This document shows, in pieces, positions 27,701 to 43,012 of a stretch of 64,000 nucleotides of DNA; the first letter of the stretch is position 1; every line of letters begins with the position of its first letter. The position numbers were made by a program, and so were the translations under genes. The stretch covers positions 419,988,001-420,052,000 of the forward strand of contig OZ024740.1 of NCBI GenBank assembly GCA_964016885.1. The letters are read 5' to 3'. The stretch is from Eledone cirrhosa (Eukaryota). The notes under the pieces are model-generated. The model searched no databases, had not been told where the DNA came from, and worked only from the letters and a program-made list of their open reading frames with translations.

Positions 27701-30700
27701 TATAGTTTTAACTGTTAAAGGGTTAAGACATCATATATAAAGGACAGATTATAGTTTTCACTGCTAAAGGGTTAAGACATCATATATATAGGGCAGATTA
27801 TAGTTTTAACTGCTAAAGGGTTAATACATCATATATATAGGACAGATTATAGTTTTAACCCCTAAAGGGTTAAGACATCATATATATAGGACAGATTATA
27901 GTTTTAACTGTTAAAGGATTAAATATAGGACAGATTATAGTTTTAACTGCTAAAGGGTTAAGACATCATATATATAGTGCACATTATAGTTTTAACTGCT
28001 AAAGGGTTAAGACATCATATATATATAGGACAGATTATAGTTTTAAACCCTAAAGGGTTAAGACATATATATAGGACAGATTATAATTTTAACAGTTAAA
28101 GGGTTAAGACATCATATATATAGAACAGATTATAATTTTAACTGCTAAAGGGTTAATACATCATATATATAGGTCAGATTATAGTTTTCACTGCTAAAGG
28201 GTTATGACATCATATATATAGGACAGATTATAGTTTTAACTGCTAAAGGGTTAAGACATCATATATATAGGACAGATTATATTTTAACTGCTAAAGGGTT
28301 AAGATATCATATATACAGGGCAGATTATAGTTTTAACTGTTAAAGGGTTAAGACATCATATATATAGAACAGATTATAGTTTTAACTGTTAAAGGGTTAA
28401 GACATCATATATATAGTGCAGATTATAGTTTTAACTGCTAAAGGCTTAAGACATCATATATATACGACAGATTATAGTTTTAACTGCTAAAGGGTTAAGA
28501 CATCATATATATAGGACAGATTATAGTTTTAACTGCTAAAGGGTTAAGACATCATATATATAGGACAGATTATAATTTTAACTGTTAAAGGGTTAAGACA
28601 TCATATATATAGAACAGATTATAATTTTAACTGCTAAAGGGTTAAGACATCACACATATAGTGCAGATTATAGTTTTAACTGCTAAAAGCTTAAGACATC
28701 ATATATATAGGACAGATTATAGTTTTAACTGCTAAAGGGTTAAGACATCATATATATAGGACAGATTATAGTTTTAACTGTTAAAGGGTTAAGACATCAT
28801 ATATATAGGGCAGATTATAGTTTTAACTGCTAAAGGGTTAAGACATCATATATATAGTGCAGATTATAGTTTTAGCTGCTAAAGGGTTAATACATCATAT
28901 ATATAGGACAGATTATAGTTTTAACCCCTAAAGGGTTAAAACATCATATATATAGGACAGATTATAGTTTTAACTGTTAAAGGATTAAGACATCAAATAT
29001 ATAGGACAGATTATAGTTTTAACTGTTAAAGGGTTAAGACATCATATATAAAGGACAGATTATAGTTTTCACTGCTAAAGGGTTAAGACATCATATATAT
29101 AGGGCAGATTATAGTTTTAACTGCTAAAGGGTTAATACATCATATATATAGGACAGATTATAGTTTTAACCCCTAAAGGGTTAAGACATCATATATATAG
29201 GACAGATTATAGTTTTAACTGTTAAAGGATTAAATATAGGACAGATTATAGTTTTAACTGTTAAAGGGTTAAGACATCATATATATATAGGACAGATTAT
29301 AGTTTTAAACCCTAAAGGGTTAAGACATATATATAGGACAGATTATAGTTTTAACAGTTAAAGGGTTAAGACATCATATATATAGAACAGATTATAATTT
29401 TAACTGCTAAAGGGTTAATACATCATATATATAGGTCAGATTATAGTTTTCACTGCTAAAGGGTTATGACATCATATATATAGGACAGATTATAGTTTTA
29501 ACTGCTAAAGGGTTAAGACATCATATATATAGGACAGATTATAGTTTTAACTGCTAAATGGTTAGTTAAGACATCATATATATAGGACAGATTATAGTTT
29601 TAACTGCTAAAGGGTTAAGACATCATATATATAGGACAGATTATAGTTTTAACTGCTAAAGGGTTAAGATATCATATATACAGGACAGATTATAATTTTA
29701 ACTGTTAAAGGGTTAAGACATCATATATATAGAACAGATTATAATTTTAACTGCTAAAGGGTTAAGACATCACACATATAGTGCAGATTATAGTTTTAAC
29801 TGCTAAAGGCTTAAGACATCATATATATAGGACAGATTATAGTTTTAACTGCTAAAGGGTTAAGACATCATATATATAGGACAGATTATAGTTTTAACTG
29901 TTAAAGGGTTAAGACATCATATATATAGGACAGATTATAGTTTTAACTGCTAAAGGGTTAAGACATCATATATATAGGACAGATTATAGTTTTAACTGCT
30001 AAATGGTTAGTTAAGACATCATATATATAGGACAGATTATAGTTTTAACTGCTAAAAGGTTAAAAGATCATATATATAGGACAGATTATAGTTTTAACTA
30101 CAAAAGGGTTAAGACATCATATATATAGGACAGATTATAGTTTTAACTGTTAAAGGGTTAAGACATCATATATATAGGACAGATTATAGTTTTAACTGCT
30201 AAAGGGTTAAGACATCATATATATAGGGCAGATTATAGTTTTAACTGCTAAAGGGTTAAGACATCATATATATCGGACATATTATAGTTTTTACTGCTAA
30301 AGGGTTAAGACATCATATATATAGGACAGATTATAGTTTTAACTGTTAAAGGGTTAAGACATCATATATAAAGGACAGATTATAGTTTTAAACCCTAAAG
30401 GGTTAAGACATATATATAGGACAGATTATAGTTTTAACAGTTAAAGGGTTAAGACATCATATATATAGAACAGATTATAATTTTAACTGCTAAAGGGTTA
30501 AGACATCATATATATAGGTCAGATTATAGTTTTCACTGCTAAAGGGTTAAGACATCATATATATAGGACAGATTATAGTGTTCACTGCTAAAGGGTTAAG
30601 ACATCATATATATAGGGCAGATTATAGTTTTAACTGCTAAAGGGTTAAGACATCATATATATAGTGCAGATTATAGTTTTAACTGCTAAAGGGTTAAGAT

Positions 30701-33700
30701 ATCATATATATAGGACAGATCATAATTTTAACTGTTAAAGGGTTAAGACATCATATATATAGGACAGATTATAGTTTTAACTACTAAAGGGTTAAGACAT
30801 CATATATATAGGACAGATTATAGTTTTAACTGCTAAAGGGTTAAGACATCATATATATAGGACGGATTATAGTTTTAACTGTTAAAGGGTTAAGACATCA
30901 TATATATAGGACAGATTATAGTTTTAACTGCTAAAGGGTTAAGACATCATATATATAGGGCAGATTATAGTTTTAACTGCTAAAGGGTTAAGACATCATA
31001 TATATAGGACAGATTATAGTTTTAACTGTTAAAGGGTTAAGACATCATATATAAAGGACAGATTATAGTGTTCACTGCTAAAGGGTTAAGACATCATATA
31101 TATAGGGCAGATTATAGTTTTAACTGCTAAAGGGTTAAGACATCATATATATAGTGCAGATTATAGTTTTAGCTGCTAAAGGGTTAATACATCATATATA
31201 TAGGACAGATTATAGTTTTAACCCCTAAAGGGTTAAAACATCATATATATAGGACAGATTATAGTTTTAACTGTTAAAGGATTAAGACATCAAATATATA
31301 GGACAGATTATAGTTTTAACTGTTAAAGGGTTAAGACATCATATATAAAGGACAGATCATAGTTTTCACTGCTAAAGGGTTAAGACATCATATATATAGG
31401 GCAGATTATAGTTTTAACTGCTAAAGGGTTAATACATCATATATATAGGACAGATTATAGTTTTAACCCCTAAAGGGTTAAGACATCATATATATAGGAC
31501 AGATTATAGTTTTAACTGTTAAAGGATTAAATATAGGACAGATTATAGTTTTAACTGCTAAAGGGTTAAGACATCATATATATAGTGCACATTATAGTTT
31601 TAACTGCTAAAGGATTAAGACATCATATATATATAGGACAGATTATAGTTTTAACTGCTAAAGGGTTAAGACATCATATATATAGGGCAGATTATAGTTT
31701 TAGCTGCTAAAGGGTTAAGACATCATATATATAGGACAGATTATAGTTTTAACTGTTAAAGGGTTAAGACATCATATATATATAGGACAGATTATAGTTT
31801 TAAACCCTAAAGGGTTAAGACATATATATAGGACAGATTATAGTTTTAACAGTTAAAGGGTTAAGACATCATATATATAGAACAGATTATAATTTTAACT
31901 GCTAAAGGGTTAATACATCATATATATAGGTCAGATTATAGTTTTCACTGCTAAAGGGTTATGACATCATATATATAGGACAGATTATAGTTTTAACTGC
32001 TAAAGGGTTAAGACATCATATATATAGGACAGATTATAGTTTTAACTGCTAAATGGTTAGTTAAGACATCATATATATAGGACAGATTATAGTTTTAACT
32101 GCTAAAGGGTTAAGACATCATATATATAGGACAGATTATAGTTTTAACTGCTAAAGGGTTAAGATATCATATATACAGGACAGATTATAATTTTAACTGT
32201 TAAAGGGTTAAGACATCATATATATAGAACAGATTATAATTTTAACTGCTAAAGGGTTAAGACATCACACATATAGTGCAGATTATAGTTTTAACTGCTA
32301 AAGGCTTAAGACATCATATATATAGGACAGATTATAGTTTTAACTGCTAAAGGGTTAAGACATCATATATATAGGACAGATTATAGTTTTAACTGTTAAA
32401 GGGTTAAGACATCATATATATAGGACAGATTATAGTTTTAACTGCTAAAGGGTTAAGACATCATATATATAGGACAGATTATAGTTTTAACTGCTAAATG
32501 GTTAGTTAAGACATCATATATATAGGACAGATTATAGTTTTAACTGCTAAAAGGTTAAAAGATCATATATATAGGACAGATTATAGTTTTAACTACAAAA
32601 GGGTTAAGACATCATATATATAGGACAGATTATAGTTTTAACTGTTAAAGGGTTAAGACATCATATATATAGGACAGATTATAGTTTTAACTGCTAAAGG
32701 GTTAAGACATCATATATATAGGGCAGATTATAGTTTTAACTGCTAAAGGGTTAAGACATCATATATATCGGACATATTATAGTTTTTACTGCTAAAGGGT
32801 TAAGACATCATATATATAGGACAGATTATAGTTTTAACTGTTAAAGGGTTAAGACATCATATATAAAGGACAGATTATAGTTTTAAACCCTAAAGGGTTA
32901 AGACATATATATAGGACAGATTATAGTTTTAACAGTTAAAGGGTTAAGACATCATATATATAGAACAGATTATAATTTTAACTGCTAAAGGGTTAAGACA
33001 TCATATATATAGGTCAGATTATAGTTTTCACTGCTAAAGGGTTAAGACATCATATATATAGGACAGATTATAGTTTTAACTGCTAAAGGGTTAAGACATC
33101 ATATATATAGGACAGATTATAGTTTTAACTGCTAAATGGTTAGTTAAGACATCATATATATAGTGCAGATTATAGTTTTAACTGCTAAAGGCTTCAGACA
33201 TCCTATATATAGGACAGATTATAGTTTTAACTGCTAAAGGGTTAACATATCATATATACAGGGGAGATTATAGTTTTAACTGTTAAAGGGTTAAGACATC
33301 ATATATATAGGACAGATTATAGTTTTAACTGTTAAAGGGTTAAGACATCATATATATAGTGCAGATTATAGTTTTAACTGCTAAAGGCTTAAGACATCAT
33401 ATATATACGACAGATTATAGTTTTAACTGCTAAAGGGTTAAGACATCATATATATAGGACAGATTATAGTTTTAACTGCTAAAGGGTTAAGACATCATAT
33501 ATATAGGACAGGTTATAGTTTTAACTGCTAAAGGGTTAAGACATCATATATATAGGACAGATTATAATTTTAACTGTTAAAGGGTTAAGACATCATATAT
33601 ATAGAACAGATTATAGTTTTAACTACTAAAGGGTTAAGACATCATATATATAGGACAGATTATAGTTTTAACTGTTAAAGGGTTACGACATCATATATAT

Positions 33701-36700
33701 AGGACAGATAATAGTTTTAACTGCTAAAGGGTTAAGACATCATATATATAGTGCAGATTATAGTTTTAACTGCTAAAGGGTTAAGACATCATATATATAT
33801 AGGACAGATTATAGTTTTAACTGCTAAAGTGTTAAGACATCATATATATAGGGCAGATTATAGTTTTAACTGCTAAAGGATTAAGACATCATATATATAG
33901 GACAGATTATAGTTTTAACTGTTAAAGGGTTAAGACATCATATATATAGGACAGATTATAGTTTTAACCCCTAAAGGGTTAAGACATCATATATATAGGA
34001 CAGATTATAGTTTTAGCTGCTAAAGGGTTAAGACATCATATATATAGGACAGATTATAGTTTTCACTGCTAAAGGGTTAAAACACCATATATATAGTGCA
34101 GATTATAGTTTTAACTGCTAAAGGCTTAAGACATCCTATATATAGGACAGATTATAGTTTTAACTGCTAAAGGGTTAAGATATCATATATATAGGACAGA
34201 TCATAATTTTAACTGTTAAAGGGTTAAGACATCATATATATAGGACAGATTATAGTTTTAACTGCTAAAGGGTTAAGATATCATATATACAGGGCAGATT
34301 ATAGTTTTAACTGTTAAAGGGTTAAGACATCATATATATAGGACAGATTATAGTTTTAACTGTTAAAGGGTTAAGACATCATATATATAGGACAGATTAT
34401 AATTTTAACTGTTAAAGGGTTAAAACATCATATATATAGGACAGATTATAGTTTTAACTGCTAAAGGGTTAAGACATCATATATATAGAACAGATTATAA
34501 TTTTAACTGCTAAAGGGTTAAGACATCATATATATAGAACAGATTATAATTTTAACTGCTAAAGGCTTAAGACATCATATATATAGGACAGATTATAATT
34601 TTAACTGTTAAAGGGTTAAAACATCATATATATAGGACAGATTATAGTTTTAACTGCTAAAGGGTTAAGACATCATATATATAGGACAGATTATAGTTTT
34701 AACTCTTAAAGGGTTAAGACATCACACATATAGTGCAGATTATAGTTTTAACTGCTAAAGGCTTAAGACATCATATATATAGGACATATTATAGTTTTAA
34801 CTGCTAAAGGGTTAAGACATCATATATATAGGACAGATTATAGTTTTAACTGTTAAAGGGTTAAGAAATCATATATATAGGACAGATTATAGTTTTAACT
34901 GCTAAAGGGTTAAGACATCATATATATAGGACAGATTATAATTTTAACTGTTAAAGGGTTAAGACATCATATATATAGAACAGATTATAATTTTAACTGC
35001 TAAAGGGTTAAGACATCATATATATAGGACAGATTATAGTTTTAACTACTAAAGGGTTAAGACATCATATATATAGGACAGATTATAGTTTTAACTGTTA
35101 AAGGGTTAAGACATCATATATATAGGACAGATTATAGTTTTAACTGCTAAAGGGTTAAGACATCATATATATAGGACAGATTATAATTTTAACTGTTAAA
35201 GGCTTAAAACATCATATATATAGGACAGATTATAGTTTTAACTGCTAAAGGGTTATGACATCATATATATAGGACAGATTATAGGTTTAACTGTTAAAGG
35301 GTTAAGACATCACACATATAGTGCAGATTATAGTTTTAACTGCTAAAGGCTTAAGACATCATATATATAGGACAGATTATAGTTTTAACTGCTAAAGGGT
35401 TAAGACATCATATATATAGGACAGATTATAGTTTTAACTGTTAAAGGGTTAAGACATCATATATATAGGACAGATTATAGTTTTAACTGCTAAAGGGTTA
35501 AGACATCATATATATAGGACAGATTATAGTTTTACCTACTAAATGGTTAGTTAAGACATCATATATATAGGACAGATTATAGTTTTAACCCCTAAAGGGT
35601 TAAGACATATATATAGGACAGATTATAGTTTTAGCTGCTAAAGGGTTAAGACATCATATATATAGGACAGATTATAGTTTTCACTGCTAAAGGGTTAGTT
35701 AAGACATCATATATATAGGACAGATTATAGTTTTAACTGCTAAAGGGTTAAGACATCATATATATAGGGCAGATTATAGTTTTAACTGTTAAAGGCTTAA
35801 GACATCATATATATAGGACAGATTATAGTTTTAACTGCTAAAGGGTTAAGACATCATATATATAGTGCAGATTATAGTTTTAACTGCTAAAGGCTTAAGA
35901 CATCATATATATAGGGCAGATTATAGTTTTAACTGCTAAAGGGTTAAGACATCATATATATAGGACAGATTATAGTTTTAACTGCTAAAGGGTTAAGACA
36001 TCATATATATAGGACAGATTATAGTTTAAACTGTTAAAGGCTTAAGACATCATTAATATAGGACACATTATATTTTTAACTGTTAAAGGGTTAAGACATC
36101 ATATATATAGGGCAGATTTTAGTTTTAACTGTTAAAGGCTTAAGACATCATATATATAGGACAGATTATAGTTTTAACTGCTAAAGGGTTAAGACATCAT
36201 ATATATAGGACAGATTATAGTTTTAACTGTTAAAGGGTTAAGACATCATATATATATAGTGCAGATTATAGTTTTAACTGCTAAAGGCTTAAGACATCAT
36301 ATATATACGACAGATTATAGTTTTAACTGCTAAAGGGTTAAGACATCATATATATAGGACAGATTATAGTTTTAACTGTTAAAGGGTTAAGAAATCATAT
36401 ATATAGGACAGATTATAGTTTTAGCTGCTAAAGGGTTAAGACATCATATATATAGGACAGATTATAATTTTAACTGTTAAAAGGTTAAGACATCATATAT
36501 ATAGAACAGATTATAATTTTAACTGCTAAAGGGTTAAGACATCATATATATAGGACAGATTATAGTTTTAACTGCTAAAGGGTTAAGACATCATATATAT
36601 AGGTCAGATTATAGTTTTAACTGCTAAAGGGTTAAGACATCATATATATAGGACGGATAATAGTTTTAACTGCTAAAGGGATAAGACATCATATATATAG

Positions 36701-39700
36701 GACAGATTATAGTTTTAACTGTTAAAGGGTTAAGACATCATATATATAGGACAGATAATAGTTTTAACTGCTAAAGGGTTAAGACATCATATATATAGTG
36801 CAGATTATAGTTTTAACTGCTAAAGGGTTAAGACATCATATATATATAGGACAGATTATAGTTTTAACTGCTAAAGTGTTAAGACATCATATATATAGGG
36901 CAGATTATAGTTTTAACTGCTAAAGGGTTAAGACATCATATATATAGGACAGATTATAATTTTAACTGTTAAAGGGTTAAAACATCATATATGTAGGACA
37001 GATTATAGTTTTAACTGCTAAAGGGTTAAGACATCATATATATAGGACAGATTATAGTTTTAACTGTTAAAGGGTTAAGACATCACACATATAGTGCAGA
37101 TTATAGTTTTAACTGCTAAAGGCTTAAGACATCATATATATAGGACATATTATAGTTTTAACTGCTAAAGGGTTAAGACATCATATATATAGGACAGATT
37201 ATAGTTTTAACTGTTAAAGGGTTAAGACATCATATATATAGGACAGATTATTGTTTTAACTGTTAAAGGGTTAAGAAATCATATATATAGGACAGATTAT
37301 AGTTTTAACTGCTAAAGGGTTAAGACATCATATATATAGGACAGATTTTAATTTTAACTGTTAAAGGGTTAAGACATCATATATATAGAACAGATTATAA
37401 TTTTAACTGCTAAAGGGTTAAGACATCATATATATAGGACAGATTATAGTTTTAACTACTAAAGGGTTAAGACATCATATATATAGGACAGATTATAGTT
37501 TTAACTGTTAAAGGGTTAAGACATCATATATATAGGACAGATTATAGTTTTAACTGCTAAAGGGTTAAGACATCATATATATAGGACAGATTATAATTTT
37601 AACTGTTAAAGGCTTAAAACATCATATATATAGGACAGATTATAGTTTTAACTGCTAAAGGGTTAAGACATCATATATATAGGACAGATTATAATTTTAA
37701 CTGTTAAAGGGTTAAGACATCATATATATAGGACAGATTATAGTTTTAACTGCTAAAGGGTTAAGACATCATATATATAGGACAGATTATAATTTTAACT
37801 GTTAAAGGCTTAAAACATCATATATATAGGACAGATTATAGTTTTAACTGCTAAAGGGTTATGACATCATATATATAGGACAGATTATAGGTTTAACTGT
37901 TAAAGGGTTAAGACATCACACATATAGTGCAGATTATAGTTTTAACTGCTAAAGGCTTAAGACATCATATATATAGGACAGATTATAGTTTTAACTGCTA
38001 AAGGGTTAAGACATCATATATATAGGACAGATTATAGTTTTAACTGTTAAAGGGTTAAGACATCATATATATAGGACAGATTATAGTTTTAACTGCTAAA
38101 GGGTTAAGACATCATATATATAGGACAGATTATAGTTTTACCTACTAAATGGTTAGTTAAGACATCATATATATAGGACAGATTATAGTTTTAACCCCTA
38201 AAGGGTTAAGACATATATATAGGACAGATTATAGTTTTAGCTGCTAAAGGGTTAAGACATCATATATATAGGACAGATTATAGTTTTCACTGCTAAAGGG
38301 TTAGTTAAGACATCATATATATAGGACAGATTATAGTTTTAACTGCTAAAGGGTTAAGACATCATATATATAGGGCAGATTATAGTTTTAACTGTTAAAG
38401 GCTTAAGACATCATATATATAGGACAGATTATAGTTTTAACTGCTAAAGGGTTAAGACATCATATATATAGTGCAGATTATAGTTTTAACTGCTAAAGGC
38501 TTAAGACATCATATATATAGGGCAGATTATAGTTTTAACTGCTAAAGGGTTAAGACATCATATATATAGGACAGATTATAGTTTTAACTGCTAAAGGGTT
38601 AAGACATCATATATATAGGACAGATTATAGTTTAAACTGTTAAAGGCTTAAGACATCATTAATATAGGACACATTATATTTTTAACTGTTAAAGGGTTAA
38701 GACATCATATATATAGGGCAGATTTTAGTTTTAACTGTTAAAGGCTTAAGACATCATATATATAGGACAGATTATAGTTTTAACTGCTAAAGGGTTAAGA
38801 CATCATATATATAGGACAGATTATAGTTTTAACTGTTAAAGGGTTAAGACATCATATATATATAGTGCAGATTATAGTTTTAACTGCTAAAGGCTTAAGA
38901 CATCATATATATACGACAGATTATAGTTTTAACTGCTAAAGGGTTAAGACATCATATATATAGGACAGATTATAGTTTTAACTGTTAAAGGGTTAAGAAA
39001 TCATATATATAGGACAGATTATAGTTTTAGCTGCTAAAGGGTTAAGACATCATATATATAGGACAGATTATAATTTTAACTGTTAAAAGGTTAAGACATC
39101 ATATATATAGAACAGATTATAATTTTAACTGCTAAAGGGTTAAGACATCATATATATAGGACAGATTATAGTTTTAACTGCTAAAGGGTTAAGACATCAT
39201 ATATATAGGTCAGATTATAGTTTTAACTGCTAAAGGGTTAAGACATCATATATATAGGACGGATAATAGTTTTAACTGCTAAAGGGATAAGACATCATAT
39301 ATATAGGACAGATTATAGTTTTAACTGTTAAAGGGTTAAGACATCATATATATAGGACAGATAATAGTTTTAACTGCTAAAGGGTTAAGACATCATATAT
39401 ATAGTGCAGATTATAGTTTTAACTGCTAAAGGGTTAAGACATCATATATATATAGGACAGATTATAGTTTTAACTGCTAAAGTGTTAAGACATCATATAT
39501 ATAGGGCAGATTATAGTTTTAACTGCTAAAGGGTTAAGACATCATATATATAGGACAGATTATAATTTTAACTGTTAAAGGGTTAAAACATCATATATGT
39601 AGGACAGATTATAGTTTTAACTGCTAAAGGGTTAAGACATCATATATATAGGACAGATTATAGTTTTAACTGTTAAAGGGTTAAGACATCACACATATAG

Positions 39701-42082
39701 TGCAGATTATAGTTTTAACTGCTAAAGGCTTAAGACATCATATATATAGGACATATTATAGTTTTAACTGCTAAAGGGTTAAGACATCATATATATAGGA
39801 CAGATTATAGTTTTAACTGTTAAAGGGTTAAGACATCATATATATAGGACAGATTATTGTTTTAACTGTTAAAGGGTTAAGAAATCATATATATAGGACA
39901 GATTATAGTTTTAACTGCTAAAGGGTTAAGACATCATATATATAGGACAGATTTTAATTTTAACTGTTAAAGGGTTAAGACATCATATATATAGAACAGA
40001 TTATAATTTTAACTGCTAAAGGGTTAAGACATCATATATATAGGACAGATTATAGTTTTAACTACTAAAGGGTTAAGACATCATATATATAGGACAGATT
40101 ATAGTTTTAACTGTTAAAGGGTTAAGACATCATATATATAGGACAGATTATAGTTTTAACTGCTAAAGGGTTAAGACATCATATATATAGGACAGATTAT
40201 AATTTTAACTGTTAAAGGCTTAAAACATCATATATATAGGACAGATTATAGTTTTAAGTGCTAAAGGGTTATGACATCATATATATAGGACAGATTATAG
40301 TTTTAACTGTTAAAGGGTTAAGACATCACACATATAGTGCAGATTATAGTTTTAACTGCTAAAGGCTTAAGACATCATATATATAGGACAGATTATAGTT
40401 TTAACTGCTAAAGGGTTAAGACATCATATATATAGGACAGATTATAGTTTTAACTGTTAAAGGGTTAAGACATCATATATATAGGACAGATTATAGTTTT
40501 AACTGCTAAAGGGTTAAGACATCATATATATAGGACAGATTATAGTTTTAACTACTAAATGGTTAGTTAAGACATCATATATATAGGACAGATTATAGTT
40601 TTAACCCCTAAAGGGTTAAGACATCATATATATAGGACAGATTATAGTTTTAGCTGCTAAAGGGTTAAGACATCATATATATAGGACAGATTATAGTTTT
40701 CACTGCTAAAGGGTTGACATCATATATATAGTGCAGATTATAGTTTTAACTGCTAAAGGCTTAAGACATCATATATATAGGGCAGATTATAGTTTTAACT
40801 GCTAAAGGGTTAAGACATCATATATATAGGGCAGATTATAGTTTTAACTGTTAAAGGGTTAAGACATCACACATATAGTGCAGATTATAGTTTTAACTGC
40901 TAAAGGCTTAAGACATCATATATATAGGACAGATTATAGTTTTAACTGCTAAAGGGTTAAGACATCATATATATAGGACAGATTATAGTTTTAACTGTTA
41001 AAGGGTTAAGACATCATATATATAGGACAGATTATAGTTTTAACTGCTAAAGGGTTAAGACATCATATATATTGGACAGATTATAGTTTTAACTACTAAA
41101 TGGTTAGTTAAGACATCATATATATAGGACAGATTATAGTTTTAACCCCTAAAGGGTTAAGACATCATATATATAGGACAGATTATAGTTTTAGCTGCTA
41201 AAGGGTTAAGACATCATATATATAGGACAGATTATAGTTTTCACTGCTAAAGGGTTAGTTAAGACATCATATATATAGGACAGATTATAGTTTTAACTGC
41301 TAAAGGGTTAGTTAAGACATCATATATATAGGACAGATTATAGTTTTAACTGCTAAAGGGTTAAGACATCATATATATAGGGCAGATTATAGTTTTAACT
41401 GTTAAAGGCTTAAGACATCATATATATAGGACAGATTATAGTTTTAACTGCTAAAGGGTTAAGACATCATATATATAGTGCAGATTATAGTTTTAACTGC
41501 TAAAGGCTTAAGACATCATATATATAGGGCAGATTATAGTTTTAACTGCTAAAGGGTTAAGACATCATATATATAGGGCAGATTATAGTTTTAACTGTTA
41601 AAGGGTTAAGACATCATATATATAGGACAGATTATAGTTTTAACTGCTAAAGGGTTAAGACATCATATATATAGGACAGATTATAGTTTAAACTGTTAAA
41701 GGCTTAAGACATCATTAATATAGGTCACATTATATTTTTAACTGTTAAAGGGTTAAGACATCATATATATAGGGCAGATTTTAGTTTTAACTGTTAAAGG
41801 CTTAAGACATCATATATATAGGACAGATTATAGTTTTAACTGCTAAAGGGTTAAGACATCATATATATAGTGCAGATTATAGTTTTAACTGCTAAAGGCT
41901 TAAGACATCATTAATATAGGGCAGATTATAGTTTTAACTGTTAAAGGGTTAAGACATCATATATATAGGGCAGATTATAGCTTTAACTGTTAAAGGCTTT
42001 AGACATCATTTATATAGGACAGATTATAGTTTTAACTGTTAAAGGCTTAAGACATCATATATATAGGACGGATTATACTTTT
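6732..42082. repeat. 49-bp AT-rich tandem satellite array, about 35.3 kb and about 720 copies, with multi-kb internal duplications
   Basis: Unit AACTG[C/T]TAAAGGGTTAAGACATCATATATATAGGACAGATTATAGTTTT. Both boundaries are visible. Recurrent length variants include +2 (TA), +4 (TTAG) and short deletions. The ORF track reports nothing inside it. Confidence 0.99.
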
Positions 42083-42093
42083 ATATATAACAG

Positions 42094-42157
42094 ATTTATC
42101 TCATATCTTCAGTGTAATTTCTAACCGATATCCCTTCTCTGAGAACGTATTACTCAG
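42094..42157 (+). CDS. Candidate internal exon of an unidentified host gene ((D)LSHIFSVISNRYPFSENVLL); alternative acceptor gives a start at 42113
   Basis: Reads cttttatatataacAG|ATTTATC...TTACTCAG|GTtaac. This is complex, CpG-containing unique sequence wedged between a satellite and a microsatellite, with an open frame ending in phase 2. The donor is weak and no homologue was recognised. Confidence 0.4.
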
Positions 42158-42171
42158 GTTAACCTTGATTT

Positions 42172-42957
42172 ACTCTCTACCTCTCTCTCTCTCTCTGTTT
42201 GTGAGCTGTGTGTGTGTGTGCAGTATGTTTGTGTGTTCAGTGTTTGTTCTGTGTGCAGTGTGTTTGTGTGTCTGCAGTATGTGTGTGTGTGCAGTATGTG
42301 TGTGTTTGTGCATGCAATGTGTTTGTGTGTATGCAGTATGTATGTGTGTGCAGTGTTTTTGTACGTGTGCTGCATTGTATGTGTTCAGTGTATTTGTGTG
42401 TGTGTATGCAGTGTATATACAGTATGTGCGTATGAAGTATGTGTATATGTGTATGCAGTATGTGTATGTGTGTATGCAGTATGTGTATGTATACAGTATA
42501 TGTGTGTGTATATGCAGTATGTATATATACAGTATGTATGTGTATATGCATTATATGAGTGTGTATATGCAGTATGTATGTGTGTATGCAGTATGTATGT
42601 GTATATGCTGTATGTATGTATATACAGTATGTGTATATGTAGTATGTATGTGTATATGCTATATGTATGTGTATATGTAGTATGTATGTGTATATGCTGT
42701 ATGTATGTATATGCAGTATGTATGTGTATGAGCTGTATGTATGTATATGTAGTATGTACGTGTATATACAGTATGTATGTATATGCAGTATATGTGTGTG
42801 TATATGTAGTATGTATGTGTATATGCTGTATGTATGTATATACAGTATATGTATGTGTGTATGCAGTATATCTGTGTGTATATGTAGTATGTATGTGTAT
42901 GTAGTCCATATGTATATACAGAATATGTATGTGTGTATGCAGTCTATGTGTGTATGG
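42172..42957. repeat. Compound microsatellite: (CT)n, then degenerate (TG)n/(TATG)n punctuated by GCAGTA/GTAGTA
   Basis: Directly visible. It accounts for all the Cys/Val/Tyr- and His/Thr-rich ORFs at 42154-42975. Confidence 0.97.
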
Positions 42958-42982
42958 GAAGTGTGTTATATTTGATACGCAG

Positions 42983-43012
42983 CATGTGTTTACTATCAGG
43001 TAACAGGAGAAG
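42983..43012 (+). CDS. Candidate 30-nt exon (phase 2-2, (S)MCLLSGNRR) following the 42094-42157 exon
   Basis: Reads ttatatttgatacgcAG|CATGTG...GGAGAAG|GTGAGT, a consensus donor. It is phase-compatible with the upstream candidate, giving ...PFSENVLLSMCLLSGNRR... Confidence 0.35.
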
